Translations under genes and position numbers: made by a program
IMG/VR virus record: IMGVR_UViG_2563366990_000003
Coordinates: 1-18,952 of that record
From: a virus
Lineage: Duplodnaviria > Heunggongvirae > Uroviricota > Caudoviricetes
DNA: 18,952 nucleotides
Strand: one strand, 5' to 3'
Notes under the pieces: generated by a model
What the model saw: only the letters and a program-made list of their open reading frames with translations
Told to the model about the DNA's origin: nothing
The model's database searches: none
Shown: in pieces, positions 16,925 to 18,952 of the stretch
Position numbering within the stretch: position 1 is the first letter of the stretch
How the letters are laid out: each line of letters begins with the position of its first letter

Positions 16925-17140
16925 CTACTCTCCCCGTGCCGCCTTGCGCCGGTCCTCTTTAATTTTGAAATACAGGTTTGTCAGGTACGTCAGCAACCCA
17001 AACAGCAGACTCCCCAGCACACCTATTGCCGCCCACTGAGACGGGGAAACCCTGTCCAGCAACTGCAGGAACCAGTAGCCCGTTCCCACCGCTGACGTGG
17101 TGTATGACACACCTGTTGTGATTTTTTCCATCTGGTACAT
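16925..17140 (-). CDS. S: Class II holin of the phage 21 S21 pinholin family, with dual-start motif
   Basis: 71-aa product [71 protein letters not shown], near-colinear with S21 as I recall it. It has two TM segments and Met1/Met4 starts (antiholin/holin). GGAG RBS. The ORF-track start at 17194 is a GTG further upstream. Confidence 0.9.
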   Translation of the reverse strand: MYQMEKITTGVSYTTSAVGTGYWFLQLLDRVSPSQWAAIGVLGSLLFGLLTYLTNLYFKIKEDRRKAARGE

Positions 17141-17216
17141 ACCCCGTCTCCCGCAATCCGGAAGCTCACAACAATATAAAGACCACCGGCACACACCGAT
17201 GGTCCCTTGCGCATGC

Positions 17217-17462
17217 TTACATCATCATGTCGCTGTCAGGTGTGGGTTCACCGCCATCTGAAGCACTCCCGTCACCCGCAATGCCTTCCGGCTCCGGAAC
17301 TGCCGGTGCGCCCAGCAGTTCATCCAGAATGGCATCCACTTCTGCATCAAGACGCGACTCAAGGTTCTGGCGGAGTTTCTGTTTCAGTGCGCTCAGGACT
17401 TCTTCAGAGCGCAGGACTTCCTTCACTGCTTCAGCAGTGACCAGGGATGTGATTTCTGACAT
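17217..17462 (-). CDS. Hypothetical acidic 81-aa protein upstream of the holin
   Basis: ATG at 17462, following the 60-aa ORF stop by 26 nt. Product [51 protein letters not shown]... is helical and acidic with non-random composition. The RBS is weak. Confidence 0.5.
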   Translation of the reverse strand: MSEITSLVTAEAVKEVLRSEEVLSALKQKLRQNLESRLDAEVDAILDELLGAPAVPEPEGIAGDGSASDGGEPTPDSDMMM

Positions 17463-17487
17463 GGGATTTTCTCGCTGAAAGGGGTTG

Positions 17488-17670
17488 TTAAGGAGTAACG
17501 GGCTCTTCGGGTTTGCTTCCGGCTGACTGACTGGCGCTGATTTTCTCAGCGGCCCTTTTATCAATCTGCCTGCGCCAGAAATCGCGCACGGCCCTGTACC
17601 CACCCGAAAGAAGATACAGCACACAGACCGCCGTACAGAAGTACAGCATCACCTGATGAATAAATGTCAT
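17488..17670 (-). CDS. Hypothetical 60-aa small membrane protein
   Basis: ATG at 17670. One predicted TM segment (VMLYFCTAVCVLYLLSGGY) followed by a basic/polar tail. Same strand and operon context as the lysis genes. Confidence 0.45.
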   Translation of the reverse strand: MTFIHQVMLYFCTAVCVLYLLSGGYRAVRDFWRRQIDKRAAEKISASQSAGSKPEEPVTP

Positions 17671-17770
17671 AATTTCTTACCGTTATGGTTGACTAAGTAA
17701 ACAGTTTTCATTTAAAAATGCCGATGACGAAAGTGGTAGTATCTTTCCTTGATTCTCCATGAATCTCACA

Positions 17771-17806
17771 CCGCCAGAGGTCTCAGGCAACTGGCGGCTT
17801 TTTTTA
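17771..17806 (+). terminator. Plus-strand intrinsic-terminator-like hairpin, abutting the stop of the large minus-strand ORF
   Basis: Read directly: 7-bp GC-rich stem CCGCCAG/CTGGCGG with a 13-nt loop, followed by C plus T7 on the plus strand only. The minus strand has no U-tract after the stem. Confidence 0.4.
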
Positions 17807-18952
17807 TCATGCCGCGGCATCCGCGTTGTTCACTTCCACCTTCACACTGTCAATCAGCAGCGTATATGTCGCCGCCTTTGATATGCCTGTCAGTTGCAGT
17901 TTGTCCGCCGCCCCTGATGCCGGAGATTTCACCAGTGTGAACGGTGTACCCCGTTTCTCATCCAGTACCGGCGTCACCTGAATGCTGTTGTTTCCGGCAA
18001 ACTCAAAAGCCAGTGTGTGCCATCCGTTATCAAAGACCCCGAACGTATCCAGCTTCGCATTCTGCTTCTTGTGGTACATCGCGTTCAGGTTCGTCGCATC
18101 CGTCTGCAGGAAGAAGGACATCAGCATGTCGTTGCCTTCCTCTGACAGCGTCACTCCCTCCGGCAGGGACGACAACTGCCAGTAAATACCCAGGGCAAAC
18201 TGATTCGGCACCAGTGCGCCCGGCACCTTAAACCGCACGCTCACACGTCCGCCTTTCTTCAGCAACTCTGCCCCCTGCCCGGCGGCATCATGCTCCAGAA
18301 ACCAGATGTGGCTTTCCGGTTTGTTCAGTTGCAGGGCCTTACCACCGGTGGCACCCTCATCACTGACCACGGCCTCAGCGATGTTTTTATCAACACTGTC
18401 TCCGCTCGCCGGTTTGTGATAATAGCGCCAGCCCTGTGATGCCAGGTCTTCACCGGACGCCAGCAGACTCATCAGGGTTCGGTTACTGACCGGGGCTTCC
18501 GGCTCTCTCTCCGGGCCTTCACCGGAAGGTCCGGTGGGCTTCACCGTATCAGGCTGTTTTCCGGTAATGAATTCAGCGGTTCTCCCGGCATGCACCAGAA
18601 TCGCCGTTGCCAGACGGTCGGAAATAATCCCACGGCGAGCCCATGAACTGAAATGGCTGGCCCTGTCCACAGATGTCCAGGTCTTCTGGTCATTACGCCA
18701 CTTTGAACCGTAATAACCGACGGCTTCCAGGTCCGGGTCTTCTGCCGGGTCATTGGTCTGCACATTCGCACCATTCTCATCCGTCATTAACGGTACAAAG
18801 AAAATGTTCTGCGACTCCTTACCCTTATACCCTCCGTATACTGATGCATACCCTTCCGCATGACGCTGCTTCCAGAAATACGTTGTGTCCCCGCAAACCC
18901 ACGGTACCGCTGATGCGCTGCCTCCTGTGCTCTGTGATGCCTGACCGGCAAG
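17807..18952 (-). CDS. C-terminal 381 codons of a larger late-operon protein truncated at the window edge; possibly NanS-p-like
   Basis: The frame is open from 18952 down to TGA at 17807-17809; the ORF track shows only the part from the first in-frame ATG at 18787. Large ORFs in this position upstream of the holin in Shiga-toxin-type prophages are NanS-p-like sialate O-acetylesterases as I recall. I cannot confirm this by sequence recognition. Confidence 0.6.
   Translation of the reverse strand, partial: LAGQASQSTGGSASAVPWVCGDTTYFWKQRHAEGYASVYGGYKGKESQNIFFVPLMTDENGANVQTNDPAEDPDLEAVGYYGSKWRNDQKTWTSVDRASHFSSWARRGIISDRLATAILVHAGRTAEFITGKQPDTVKPTGPSGEGPEREPEAPVSNRTLMSLLASGEDLASQGWRYYHKPASGDSVDKNIAEAVVSDEGATGGKALQLNKPESHIWFLEHDAAGQGAELLKKGGRVSVRFKVPGALVPNQFALGIYWQLSSLPEGVTLSEEGNDMLMSFFLQTDATNLNAMYHKKQNAKLDTFGVFDNGWHTLAFEFAGNNSIQVTPVLDEKRGTPFTLVKSPASGAADKLQLTGISKAATYTLLIDSVKVEVNNADAAA

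Noticed and set aside
17207-17478. Plus-strand ORFs 17207-17440 and 17227-17478 antisense to the 81-aa acidic ORF
   Set aside because: Ser/Pro/Ala-rich low-complexity translations typical of the reverse strand of an acidic helical protein; no start context.
1-18952. tRNA, rRNA, CRISPR arrays, integrase, transposase or IS elements
   Set aside because: No cloverleaf-like conserved tRNA segments, no repeat-spacer arrays, and no ORFs with recombinase or transposase hallmarks were seen. The window is continuous late-region phage DNA.

Overview
The window is almost entirely the late (lysis plus morphogenesis) region of a lambdoid enterobacterial phage or prophage, transcribed leftward on the minus strand. 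In transcription order (high to low coordinate): the 3' part of a large late-operon ORF truncated at the right edge, two small ORFs, a phage-21-type pinholin with a dual-start motif, an AT-rich two-gene insertion (a 385-aa unknown protein translationally coupled to the holin, plus a convergent 106-aa plus-strand ORF), a SAR-type endolysin, a 32-aa membrane-peptide ORF missed by the ORF track, Rz/Rz1 spanins, a 74-aa Cys-containing ORF, a cos-like site, Nu1-like and A-like terminase subunits, gpW-like, portal, a fused protease-scaffold-major capsid polyprotein, a small DUF2190-like head protein, FII-like, Z, U, V, G and G-T (-1 frameshift), tape measure H, M, L and the start of K. I found no tRNA, rRNA, CRISPR array, integrase or transposase. 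The best candidate for something undescribed is the cargo insertion that splits the holin-endolysin pair; I could not assign either of its proteins to a family by eye. All protein identifications are from reading the translations against remembered lambda, phage 21 and Shiga-toxin-phage proteins, not from a database search. Manually placed coordinates (starts, hairpins, cos) may be off by a base or two.
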